Source: Antedon mediterranea
Taxonomy: Eukaryota > Animalia > Echinodermata
Direction: 5' to 3'
Length of the DNA: 64,000 bases
NCBI RefSeq assembly: GCF_964355755.1
Contig: NC_092678.1
Span: forward strand, 13,452,352-13,516,351
The position numbers were made by a program, and so were the translations under genes. The notes beneath the pieces were generated by a model, which saw nothing but the letters and a program-made list of their open reading frames with translations, searched no databases and was not told the DNA's origin. Shown piece by piece: positions 26,043-38,300 of this stretch (position 1 is its first letter; each line of letters opens with the position of its first letter).

Positions 26043-27200
26043 GAAAGTACAGTTGCATCTATTGTTTTTGTAATCAAGATGACATCAGAACCAACAATGT
26101 TCCTCAAGCCTGTAGATATCTCAAGGCCTACAATCATGACTACAAGTCTTTTGTAGACCATGGCAGGGAAAAAAAAGAAGCAAAACAATATCGCACAGCG
26201 TTGTTACCTGGTAGACATTGAATTAAACAGGGTAGGTAAATAATCAATCATAACTACCTCTTTAGAAAGTTTAATACACACTCCAAACAATGAAATATGT
26301 GTTTGTACTTCATATTAAAGAACAATGTTAGTATAAAATAACTGTCGAAACAAACAATTGTTACAGTAATTTATAAATATACCTCTTTTCTTTATTAAAT
26401 ATTTCCTCAATCAAATATTTTTCCAGGTGTCAATATGTTATAATATTCCACATGCGACAGGATGCTGACATCTTGACTGGTAAATTCAAATGTTGTTTCA
26501 ACTTTACATTGACATTACATAATAACTCAATTGGTCAAGTTGCTCTTTAAATATACATTGTCCCTTTGAGCATAGAATTTCAAAAATGTTTATCCTATTT
26601 TTATGCATAACAAAGCAAACCTTTGGCTGGAACTTATTTTCCTATGAATTATCCATATATTATCATTATCTGCTACAAGAAATAGTTGTTAACATTTTTA
26701 AAATATAATAATTGTGATGCTCATTTTTTATGCAGATTGACATTTATTTGGTTGATCAATATTGTTTAATCTCAGAGGATCATCTAGCAGAAAGAGAAAA
26801 TCAGAAGCTGCAGCACATCGACATGCTACAAAGTACAATGATTAAAATCATGTCTTTAGAAGAGAATCTTGAGCATTTAAGAAATGAACTCTCAGTGTCA
26901 CTTGTGACAAAACAGCATAGTAAGATTGCAGAGACTGGCCACAGAATAAATCTAAAAGAACAAGAGGTCAAATACTTGGTCAGTCCTACGTTATACACCT
27001 TTAAAATTATGTCTAAAACATGCAATACTATAAAAAATAATGCCATATTTCTTTTATATATTTTATATAGCGAACTACTATGAACCAAGAGATTTGAAAC
27101 TGGACCTCTATGTACAAAAATGGACGAGGTATTTAGAAAAAATAAATTCCTCGACAGCAGTACCACGGAAAGAGTTTTGTGGAAAATCATGAATTCACAT
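26043..27200 (+). pseudogene. Intron-containing Chapaev/RAG1-core-like transposase remnant
   Basis: Exon 26043-26231 reads (G)KYSCIYC...R.L...DYKSF...G...AKQY...DIELNR (CxxC). A coiled-coil exon spans 26736-26967. The exon from 27071 reads GPLCTKMDEVF..IPRQQYHGKSFVENH with one frameshift. AG/GT boundaries are present. Confidence 0.72.
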
Positions 27201-28139
27201 CTGACGTTTATTTCACCTGAGATCCAGCATGAAGTAACTAAGCCGGTAACTAAGTGCAGAAAAGTTGAGGAATAGTTTGCTATTTCTCAGTTAATTGTTA
27301 CAGTATTGCATATTATGTACAGTATACTGTATGAATGGTAGTGTTTTTTTTTATTGCTAGAACAATGATTTTGTAAATATTTAACAAATAGCATATGAAT
27401 TGTAATTGAATTTTGTGGACGTTATTTTATTTTAATTTGGTTTATATATTAATAATTATTGATTGATAACGGAAATTCATGTTATTTACTGATTTAGATT
27501 GTGATTGCATATATACAATACAAATATGAAAGAAATATGCATTTATAATTAAATATCTAATGTCACAGTACTCTATAGCTTCTTTCTATTAATATATTAC
27601 AAATCTTTGACTAAGACATGCTAGGTAGGCTGCTAGGCCTTTAACCTGCTGATGATGTAGCCTAGCCTATATATAGTATAGGCCTAGCTAGGCCTGTAGC
27701 CTGGCCTACTCTGTACTCCTCTCCCAATATGAATGATTATTAAAAAAGCTTAGGCCTAGGCTAGGTCTAATTTTTAATTAGGACCAGGAACAAGCAATCA
27801 GCTTTATAACAGGTCAACTGTCACTCAGGCCCCCGAATAGACATGTTTACGTGTTAAAAATAAACAGTTATTTTATTTTAATTTGGTTTATATATTAATA
27901 ATTATTTATTGATGACGGAAATTGATGTTATTTACTGATTTAGATTGTGATTGCATATCAAAATAATAAATATACAATACAAATATGAAAGAAATATGCA
28001 TTTATGATTAAATATCTAATGTCAGAGTACTCTATAGCTTCTTTCTATTAATATATTACAGATCTTTGACTAAGACATGCTAGGTAGGCTGCTAGGCCTT
28101 TAACCTGTTGATGATGTAGCCTAGCCTATATATAGTATA

Positions 28140-30246
28140 GGGTAGTAACAAAGTGTGAGGCAGCGAGGCAGGGAAGGCATGCGAGGCAAGTCAGAAAGTT
28201 ATGCGAGGCATCGTTTTACCATCATCAAAAAATGCGAGGCATCATTTTATCATTTCTCAAAATTGCAAGGCAGGAAATCACCGAAATTGAAGTAGCCTAG
28301 GCCTAGGCCCGCTAGGCTAGTTTCCTTTTGCACCTGCCTTGTATTTTAACCAAGGCTTTATCCTGAATACCACAGCTTAGAATTAGTAGGCCTACTTTAA
28401 TGAAGAAAAATCACATAAAAGTAACAATAAATCCATTAAATTGGTGATTTTACAGACGTTGTTTTTCTCGCATTTCGCACACTCAATGTTCAATATTTTG
28501 GTTTCTATGGAACGCCAAAAGAGCAAAATTAATTAGAGGGCTAAAAACTCTGTGGAATCCATTTATATTTAACGCATTATTTGGTGAAAATCAAGTACAA
28601 TTTCAATAGATTTTGTCACTGTCAGTAAGGAAAAATGTTACTGTTGATAATGTACACGGTTTCGTTAACCTTTTAAAGAATAAAATAGAAAAATTCATCA
28701 TAATATCCTTAGTAGGATGTCCTAGGTCTAGACTAGGTAGTGATGTTGATTTAGGATCGATTATTATTCTTTGAAAACAGAACAGTATCAGCAGTAACAT
28801 ATTACAACATTTTTATTGACAAATTAACAAATATATTGAAATAAAACGTGTTTTTCACCAATAAATGCATGAGAAATTGACGCATTCCACTGAGTTTTAG
28901 TCCTCTATTATCGTTGCTCTTTTAGCGCTCCATAGAAACAAAAATATTGAACATTGAATAAGTGAAATTCGCGAACAGTGTGCGAGAAACACGCCTGTAA
29001 AGTCATTAATTTAAGGATTTATTTGTTACTTTTTATGTGATTCTTTCATTAAAGTACTCATGAGGTATACTTCTAAGGTGTGGTATTCACACGATAAAGT
29101 TAGTTATCAAATTTGGAGTAAAAATACAAGCGGAGTAAAAATACAAGCGAAGGAAACTAGCGCCAGGTTTATTAGTACGTACATGGACAACAATAAATAA
29201 AAATCGTTCGTAATATACCTAGCTTACTAAAACAGGAATAGTGTATCATTATTAAATATTACACCAATTATTATTTTATCAAAATTGATTAAATTATTTT
29301 CTACATAGGCCTCTTATCTAGGTTAGGGCTAAGCATATTAGCTAAAGTTTAATTTTAGGCCTAGTATTACAATTGTCGGACGTAAGTCTTTTTTCACACG
29401 CGCTCCAGAATTCTTCTGTCGCAATTTTTTTCTTTGCGGCATGTTATTGGATCGGCATATCAGTTACCTTTTATTCACCGCCAGTTATTGAACTTGTCCT
29501 GGCAATCGCTGTTCACCTTATTTGCGAGAGAGGTACACGTGTTGTGTTCCTAGAGAATGGAATGTCAAAAATGTCTTTGGCACGCCGCTCAGAGAGAAGT
29601 CTGTGCGTTGCTGCATGCTGAAACCACGTGCTATAGGAGGGGAATGCACCACAATCCTCTGAGCTGAGGGCTGAATCATTCCGTTACCTGCTAAATAGTA
29701 AAGAGGGATTTTCCATCTCTCGGGTCTACCGGATCTAGGCGCAAGGGTGTGACAAAATATTATTTTCACTCTGCTACGTTCGAGAGACATGTGAGTGAAC
29801 ACGCTCGAAATGCCAACAAACATTGCAGTCATTTGATGAGTGTGTCGCTATAACAATTATTGTTTATCGAAAGTTGAAGACTGTCGTTCAGATTTTTGAA
29901 CCGTAGTTTGGGCACTTTTGTAAAAGTAAAATTTGACACGATATGACTTGAATGAAAAAACAATCGTTACATAAAAATAAACAACATGATGACTGTATAC
30001 ACGAATCTATTTAGATACGCTTGTATCGATTGATTATTAGGCCTATAATATAGCATAATAGCACGTTAAGATATGCCTCGCACCTTTTTGAAATTGTAAA
30101 CTATATGCCTCGCATGCCTCGCATTTTTGGAAATGATAAAATGATGCCTCGCACAAATATTTGGCATGCCTCGCACAAATATTTGGCATGCCTCGCATGC
30201 CTCGCTTGCCTCGCGTGCCTCGCTGCCTCGCACTTTGTCAACACTC
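28140..30246. mobile_element. Non-autonomous DNA transposon, probably Mutator-like (9-bp TSD TATAGTATA)
   Basis: Termini GGGTAGTAACAAAGTGTGAGGCAGCGAGGCA and TGCCTCGCTGCCTCGCACTTTGTCAACACTC, with subterminal TGCGAGGCA arrays. The empty site is visible near 27670. TSD length is ambiguous (5, 7 or 9 bp) because the site is partly palindromic. Confidence 0.75.
28315..29165. mobile_element. Foldback (long inverted repeat) MITE nested in the Mutator-like element
   Basis: Arms of about 300 bp: CTAGTTTCCTT..GAATACCACA..TCACATAAAAGTAACAATAAATCC..TTCAATATTTT matches the reverse complement of about 28830-29162. Confidence 0.7.
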
Positions 30247-30679
30247 TATAGTATAGGCATAGCTAGGCCTGTAGCCTGGCCTACTCTGTACTCCTCTCCC
30301 ATTATGAATGATTATTAAAAAAGCTTAGGCCTACTAGACTAGGCCTAATTTTTAATTAGGACCAGGAACAAGTAAGTAATCAGCTTTATAACAAGTCAAC
30401 TGTCACTCAGCCCCCCCCCCCCACCCCGAATAGACATGTTTACGTGTTAAAAATAAACAGCCATTAGTCTTACACAGCTGGTTTTAACCACGCAAGGGGG
30501 CCTGGGCGCGATTTTGTTTTTCGTACATAAGTTGGGGACCCCCTCATGAAACGTCACAAAATAAACATGAATAATTCATCAGTTAAATTTTCTTGTTCTG
30601 TGTGCACCCAAGCGTATAGCAACAAGAAGTGATTACACAACTGCGATACGATACTTTTACAGTAGGCCTAGGACTCTAA

Positions 30680-33191
30680 TACCCTTTTTACACTATCGAC
30701 TGAGAGAGGAAAACGAGTTGAACTCGGAGGCAATTTCCATTTACACTAGCCAAAAAAACTGCGAGATGAACTCGAGTTGCGCCCATTTACACTACATCGA
30801 TCACCCCGGTGCTGTCAATCAAATCACTATTGCAAGCGCACACGTGGAACTTAACTGACTAATGGTTTAAATGTTAAAATACTGGAACATATCGACAAAT
30901 CTCATATAAAAACATAATAATCCGAATTTACACACAATTTATTTAATTTTGAATGTAGTCCAGTGTTATATTTTCTTTGTGGCTATTAAAGTGGAGCTCC
31001 ACCCAGAAAATTACTATTTTTCATACATTTCAACTATTATTTAAAAATATCATCCCTTATACTTCATATTTTTTTGAATTTTTTTTCAATGAGTACGATT
31101 TTCTTGAAAATCACGCCTTTTTGCGTTTTGGGGGGATACCTTGTAATTTCCTATTCTTTTACATGCAAAAGGGGGGTATATTTGAATAATCCTAAAAAAT
31201 TCATTTCTTCACCAAAAAAAAAATGTAAAATGTAAATTTATGTAATTTTTCCAGATCTTTCTATTTCTGGTATTTTTATCACGTATACATTGCGCAATTT
31301 TGCGTAAATAGACACTTTCCCCCGTTCGGGTCCAATTGGGTTTTTTATTTTGCTAGGGAGTACGATCACGTGACATTTTTCACAATCACACTACTGCAGC
31401 TGGCGATCTGTTATTTTGTCGCGATGTTATTTTTGACGGGCGAAAAGTATATTAAAACATTCTGAATGTGACCCTATTATATTTCACAGTGTAATAATGT
31501 GATTATGAGACTATTACTAAAATGTCAAATTTAACGAGATTTGAGAAAGACGTGGCTATACAGTATATTCAATAAAGCTAGGCCTAGGCCTACTAGAGTG
31601 TAGGTATGTACCGATCCTGCGTGGCCTCTAGCTAGGCTAGGCTGACAGCAGTGAAGTTTGTTTTGCTGGCACCCGACCTTGGCCTACCCATGGGCCATGA
31701 TAGGGTGCCTGAATAGTTGCTTTTCAGTCAGGTCTAAGCTTGCACATCGCTTTACTACTCTTGTTCTGTATACTATAGGATTTTGTGTTTCACAATTCTT
31801 AATGTGCGAGAAAACCCAGGAACGATAAATGGGGCGAAACGACCATGCCTATGAATACATAGGCCTCTAGACAAAAATTCAAGGCTAGCTAGGCTGAGCA
31901 CACGGCTGAGCTAGGCCTAGCCCTAGCTTAAAGTTAAAAGCAATCTGATAAGATTATTATGCTGTTGTTGTACAGTGAAAATCATGAGGTTACATGTAAA
32001 TTATACTGACATTCTTATCGGAAATATTACTTAGGCCTAAACAAATCGTATTAATTGTGTGTATAAAATTTATTCCCCATTTTTCGACACATAATTTACC
32101 CAAGGGGAGACATTTCATCAATGCGTTTAACGGCGACTAAAACGCGTCAGTCGCTAAGTGTAACGCGTTTTGCGACGTATTGTAAACTAATAACCCCTAA
32201 GTTACTGAAAAACTGTAATGTGTTAAAAAACACTATTTTCTGACCGATTTTTTAGAAATGAGTTTTTGGAAAATATTTCCGTATTTTTCCTGTTTTTTTT
32301 TATGTAATCACTTTCAATTAAACATACTTAAACATAATATAAGCTGAGAAAGTCTGAGTGTAGCTCCACTTTAAGATTATCATTTATTATTTAAAAATTA
32401 GGGCCTAACAATTATTTTTATTTTTAAAATGACTGCATTTCCGCCTTGTAGACTGTACGTACAAATAGGCCTTAAATTGTTAGGTTGGCGTAAAAATAGG
32501 GTAGGTATGGTAAGTATTTAAAATAAAAAATGTATTTGTTAATTAGCATAACAATGTATCAATGAAGGAAAATTATTATATGATAGGCCTACTTTTTCAG
32601 TTCCTAAAGACGTCAGTATTATATATATTTTTCCCTTTTTCAATAATTAGGCCTACGTATATAGAATCGGCCAGGGTAGAGTTACACCAATATTACATTA
32701 GTTTAGGCTTTCTGGTAAGGTAGAATGCACACGAAAAATTTCAATATTTTCAGCAGAAAAAAAAATCACAAATTTGTTTTTGCCTTTAAATATAAATAAA
32801 TAAATAATAAAATAACGAAGAGCACAATATATCGTACAATTATTATTTTAAGCAAAAAGGGTGTATTTTAAGCAAAAAACCTATTTTGTTCGCATAATAT
32901 ATTGTATTTCTGTGACAAAATGTTACATTTTCACGTCAATGACCTTTAACAGCTCGGTGTTGAACCACAAAAACCGTTTACACTTCTTGTCCCCGGTGTA
33001 GATTCGACTACACCGGAGAAGGTACACCGGAAAACATTCAGCTTCGTTTCACCCCGGGGAGACCACACCGGGGTGGTTGGATTTTCCCATTTACACCAGT
33101 CAATAAAAACCACAACACCGGCGTTTAACGAACCGATGTACTAACAACTGCGGGGTTACACCGCTGTTACAGTGATAGTGTAAAAGGGGTA
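30680..33191 (-). mobile_element. Non-autonomous PIF/Harbinger derivative of the family at 39882-45292, in the opposite orientation
   Basis: TAA-TACCCTTTTTACACTATC ... GATAGTGTAAAAGGGGTA-TAA. About 140 bp and 250 bp of subterminal sequence match the autonomous copy. Confidence 0.92.
30990..32370. mobile_element. Non-autonomous Kolobok-like element with a TTAA TSD
   Basis: TTAA-AGTGGAGCTCCACCCAGA ... TCTGAGTGTAGCTCCACT-TTAA. Purine-purine (AG) termini with TTAA fit Kolobok better than piggyBac. Confidence 0.78.
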
Positions 33192-35442
33192 TAAGTCAAT
33201 TCACGTGATTGCCTTCGCGCACTCTTCTTCACACACACACACCACTATGCAAAATGTGTCGAGTCGAGGCTAATCGACAGCTAGGCAAGACATTACACTA
33301 AATTCATTGGACATAGCCCAAAGAAAGCTTAGACCCACAAGAATAAAGAATGTGTATAATTTGTGTACTGTATTTTTTTAATTCTGCTATTTTATTATCA
33401 AACAATATGATGTAATCAAAGGAACTTTAAAAATGCGCGTATATGAACACATGAGATGGGAAGATTAGACCCACGAGAATAAAAAATGTATTTTTGTGTA
33501 ATGTTTATTGTTTAATTTTGCTGACTCTAACACACACGTCACACACACCAACACAGAGCTACTACTAGAATAGACATGGGTTTAGAGAATAGTAATTAGG
33601 TCTAATAGTATCAATAGAAACTATAATTTTAACACGTAATTCTTTAGTAATAAATTATATTAAACACACCATAAACTAAAGGCTGATTATTTCGACAATC
33701 CACACAAAACGCCGCTATTCTATTATGAAATCGCACGCGGCAACCACAGCGGAGATAGGCCTAGAATCGTAACGTATGTGTAAACTACTGTAATCACTTC
33801 TTGTTGCTATACGCTTTGGTGCACACGGAACAAGAAAATTTAACTGATGAATTATTCATGTTTATTTTGTGACGTTTCGTGAGGGGTACGGAAAAAAAAT
33901 CGCGGCCTGGGCATAGCCTATTATAAGCTAGCATAGCCTCCATAGGAAAAAAATCCAGCCAGGCTATATAAAAATTATAAATACGAACCTTGTTAAAACA
34001 TTCAAGGATAACTAAAGTATCCAACTAAATCAAAGAATTCAACAGAAAAAAAAATATTTTTAAACTGATATGGAAAACAACATTTATACCTACTTTTTAA
34101 TTGTATCACTTGAGAAAAAAACTGGCGTTGGGTGTACAATTTTCAATTACATTACCTCTTAAAATCCACGTGATAAAACGACGACAACATGTTTTTCACC
34201 TTCATCCAGGGTTGTTCTAATGAATATTCATTATTTTTCTGACTTTTGCGGTCTTTTGTTTTTATTGGCTATTAAAATACAGTCGTTTTAGGCTTGATTG
34301 CTTCCGGGTTCCTCGTGTGGTTTGTATACAATATGTTTTCGGTATCGCTACTCCATAAAATGCTATGAAACATTGGAGGCGCTGCACTTAATTCATATTT
34401 CTGGAACAGCTGTGAGTAAATTGTGGGAAATAATTATATAAAATTACATCGAGAGAACTGATGATAGATCTTTTGTTTAAAATCGAATGAAACCCCGATA
34501 GCCGAGTTGTTGAGTAAGCTGAAAGGACTTTATGTATACTGTGCGCTATCTGTTTGGACCCTGGGATACGTCTGCCCATGTTGCAAGCCGTCTAAAACGT
34601 CTTCCTTCATATGCCAATACTTTGTCGCGTAATAATGTATTAATTATACCAATTAGCATGGTATTTATTTGAATAAACGCCCGGAACACCTCCCCAATAA
34701 AACATCAATTAAAATAACTATCGCCACTCCCCCCGCCCCCAACACCACCCCCATCCAAATAACATCTAATAAACGCCCATACACACAAATTGTATTATAT
34801 TACACAATTATACTATTTTTAGTAGATTTCATCGGACTGTTATCTACAATTTACCAAGCATTTGTTATTATTTTTTACCACTTTTCATATCTACAATAAA
34901 CACTATACGTAAAACGCTATTAATCATCTTAGTAAGACACTGTGAAACAGGTTAGTGAGTAGGTTTAGTTTAACGAATATCAAAAGCATTTCAATAATGT
35001 TAACCGACCAAAATCGTCCAGGCAAGAGTGGCCTTCTAAAACGTTTTACCCAAGTCATCATTCTGAGAACCATCGTCTACACTTCCAAGAGAAGCGAGCT
35101 CACCCTCTAGTAGTTAAAAATCTCCGATGAAATCAGATTTTTTTTTAAAACCCTTTATAAAATCTTCCTAAGATAGAAATATTGAACAATATCGTAATAG
35201 TGGAATCAAATGTTATCAAATCTACGTTTTGCGGTACATCTGAGATAGATGACGTAGGTATCCAAAGCGGAGATTTGTCCCGAAGTTTTTCCATTGTGCT
35301 CGCCTATGTCAGAATTAACCATAATTTATATATAGATTCGACTTAATCATGTACGGTAATTTATTAATGTTTATTGATGAAAATTCTTCTGTTAATTTAA
35401 ACGACCTAGTGAATATTTTATTGCCAAGGAATCATTAATTAT

Positions 35443-35580
35443 ATATTGTTTGAAGGGTTGCATGGCAAAATGTAATGATTCTCACTCCTGAGGACGATCA
35501 AAGCATATTGATCGAAAAGTCGAGGAACTCTTTCAGAATTAACATACGTGGTGTACCGCAAACTTGTACATATCAACAAT
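35443..35580 (+). mobile_element. pLTR fragment of a second Penelope-like family with a hammerhead motif (35485-35524); related rearranged copy at 37035-37228
   Basis: ctc-CTGAGGA-c-GATCAA-agcata-TTGATC-GAAA-ag-TC-gag. ATACGTGGTGTACCGC and ATATTGTTTGAAGG..TGCATGGC occur in direct and inverted orientation at 37035-37228. Confidence 0.65.
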
Positions 35581-36225
35581 CATTAATTAGTAATTATCTG
35601 TATTATTATTCTTCGCAAGGTAAGGTGAATGCAACGCATAACTAGGCATGCTTATTACAACAAGGAGGCCTAGCTACCCGACCCAGTTGATTCTACTTTT
35701 TGTTGGCTATATAAAATAACAGATATCGCTTCTTTATATCGGTAAAGATTTAAAACCCCCTCAGGAAATGGTATTTTGCTCTTGGGAATATTCCCTTGAT
35801 CAAAATATCAATCCCTCAGGGATGTAGAATCTTATATTTCACCTCTAGCTAAGCAGGTAATATCTGTATAATACTGCAGTATAAAATTGCAATTGCTTTA
35901 AACGGTTACAGTAACATACTGAATTATTGTATAAATCTACAACAGTAATACTTTAAGTGATTTACAGTAATAATTTAATACAAAACTCAAACTTGTTTAG
36001 AGTAGGCATAATACATTAAATTAAAAATGCAAAGTGGTTAGAACTCTGTTGTTTAGTAATAGCTGCTAAAAAAAGTCTCTCTGTAAATTTACTTTCATTT
36101 TTTTTTTGTGAAGCCGAAAACAGCTGAAAATGATACGATTAATAAAATACAAATTTAAAGGGTGAATAATGTAAACAGACTTATATTATCTTTGAATTTA
36201 CTTTACTCCAAGTACATAATAAATA

Positions 36226-36510
36226 AATAATATATTTATACAGGATAAAACAATCAGATAACGGTGTATCTGTTTTACATTGTGGTCCTGTCTTAATAAT
36301 AATATACAAAAGAGAAACTTAATTAAATATAATACATGTCAGTTTTTATGAAAAGAAATGAGATTTGTATCTAGCCTTAAGGACGTAATTGTTGGTGCCG
36401 ATTTAATATTAATTGGTAAATTGTTCCATATTTTTGCGCCTGCAACTTTAAAGGACGAATTCATTTTACTAAGGGTGTATTTAGGTATTGTACATAATGC
36501 CATACCACTT
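36226..36510 (-). mobile_element. 3' end of an L2/Crack-group LINE
   Basis: The minus strand reads NSSFKVAGAKIWNNLPINIKSA (the F..G..WN.LP C-terminal motif), followed by a short 3' UTR. Confidence 0.65.
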
Positions 36511-38072
36511 CATCATGACAATATACACAGCAATATTTATGATGTGTAACATCTAAACATTACATTTTAATGGAATAGTCCATTTTAAAATTCTATTGCG
36601 TGATATTACAATTTAGGAAGTTTTATCAAGGCAATCTCGGACAGATCAAAGGGTATTAAATCAGTATTTGCCGGCCTCTAAACGCTTTATTCAAAAACCC
36701 TTCCCACTTTTCAATATGAATTCTCTATATAAATGTACATTAAGGTATGTATATATATAAGACACTTTTTTGGGAGACGTAACAATAAATTGAGTATAAA
36801 CATCATCTCATTTTATTATATGCATTTTAATGTCAACATTGTCAAATTTAGGATTAACTGTAAACATAATGTAATAATCAAGTTTCAGAAACAGATATTA
36901 AATAGAAAAATTAAGTGATTCTACATCAGCAGTTAATTAATTAATACTTCTAGATCGAAATTAGTTTTCACTATAACTTGGGTTATATGCTTTAGAAAAA
37001 CAGCTAGCTAGTCATTTAGTTTAAAAAAAATATAAGTTTGCGGTACACCACGTATATTACGGTAGTTTTGAAAAAAACTATGCTATGCTATCGCCCTGAG
37101 GAGTGAGGACGATATTGATCAAAACGTCGAGAAACTCAAAAGTTCTTTTTCAGAAAAAATATACGTGGTGTACCGCGCAAACTGTATATCAACATTAATT
37201 TCGCCATGCAAACCTTCAAACAATATTAAATATAAACTTGAAAGTAGAAAATCGAAATTTCAAAAATAATAAGCAGTAAATTGGATGTGACTATTCTTCT
37301 TTGTAATAAAGATCATTACATTTTTAAAGGGTTAAAAAACGATAAACATTTTGTTTTATTAGGAAGTATTTTATGTCTAACTTACCTGCAGTAAACACAG
37401 AATATTTACATCGAGGTGATAGTGTGCGTCCGTTAATTAAAGTTCGCTATATGTGATTTGTTTCTAAATCCCGCCCGAATGTTTCACTATTTGAAAAGAA
37501 TTCAGTATAACCTAAAATAAAATATAAAACAATAAAAGACATCAGTAATAATATACAATAGTTATTGGAATTAAATTATAAACAAATCAAAATCAATAAA
37601 TTAGTGATTAAATAAATTATTTTCACTATATATTCTTACCGGAAAATTCATCAGTGACAATGTCCTGATAGTAAATAACCAAACACGTCGATCATCAGTG
37701 AGAAGTTTAATGTAAATGTCTTGTAGGCCTATACATTTAAATAAGATGTATGTATACCAGTAGAAATATTAAATACGTCACTTTATATGTGCCGTCTATA
37801 ATTTTCAGGCACTTATTCTCAATATACTGAAATAAGAGACATTTACGATCATATTTGGAAGAAATATGTAAAAATATTTGGGCGGTATATAATAGTGTTG
37901 CAGAAAAGTTCTTTTTTAACGGTTTTACTTTTTCGTTTTGATTATTTGCTATACTGAAGTTAGGTCCTATCAGGCATTTGAAAATAAAAGTATCTCTTCG
38001 GAGATCCCGCCTCGTGAATAAAAATACTGAAAGATGAGGGCGTATCAATTTGATCTCTGGTGCGCGTGCGTA

Positions 38073-38300
38073 CAACTGAGGACTAGTGCTGTTCCACCGT
38101 ACCACGCCGAGAATGTTAAAGAGTCGCTATCCAATCGAGTTTGAACAATACCATGAAAGCCACAGTGGTATAATGGTTAGGACATCTGCATATCAAGCAG
38201 GCGGTCCGAGTTCGAGTTTTCTCATTTGAAATATTGAAATATTAACCTGTATAAAGGTGAATTAATATTCATTGCCTGATGTGTTTATATATATATACAG
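38073..38300 (+). repeat. Second copy of the tRNA-module-containing repeat (module 38159-38216, 3'-truncated)
   Basis: Matches 2570-2850; anticodon arm TCTGC-ATATCAA-GCAGG. Confidence 0.75.

Larger units (their letters stand above)
27421..30460 (+). repeat. Tandem duplication of about 445 bp (27421-27866; 27867-28139 plus 30256-30460); the second copy is split by a MITE
   Basis: The sequence from GTTATTTTATTTTAATTTGG to GACATGTTTACGTGTTAAAAATAAACA is near-identical in both copies. Confidence 0.9.
30501..33911. mobile_element. MITE-like element with inverted arms of about 170 bp, enclosing the Harbinger derivative
   Basis: 30501-30670 is the reverse complement of about 33755-33911 (AAACGTCACAAAATAAACATGAATAATTCATCAGTTAAATTTTCTTGTTC...). 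No TSD was identified. Confidence 0.65.
25091..34414 (+). mobile_element. Chapaev-like (RAG1/Transib-related) DNA transposon with a decayed transposase and nested insertions
   Basis: CACAGCTGTT termini at both ends, a 4-bp AGTA TSD (25087-25090 and 34415-34418), a shared subterminal AGCGCCYYCARTGTT motif and transposase remnants at 26043-27190. Confidence 0.8.

Noticed and set aside
25091-34414. True ProtoRAG (RAG1L-RAG2L) transposon
   Set aside because: The TSD is 4 bp rather than 5 bp, no RAG2-like kelch/PHD gene is visible, and the peptide motifs fit Chapaev better.
34960-35295. Minus-strand coding-looking tract (MEKLRDKSPLWIP...)
   Set aside because: It is under 50 codons before a stop and has no recognisable motif.
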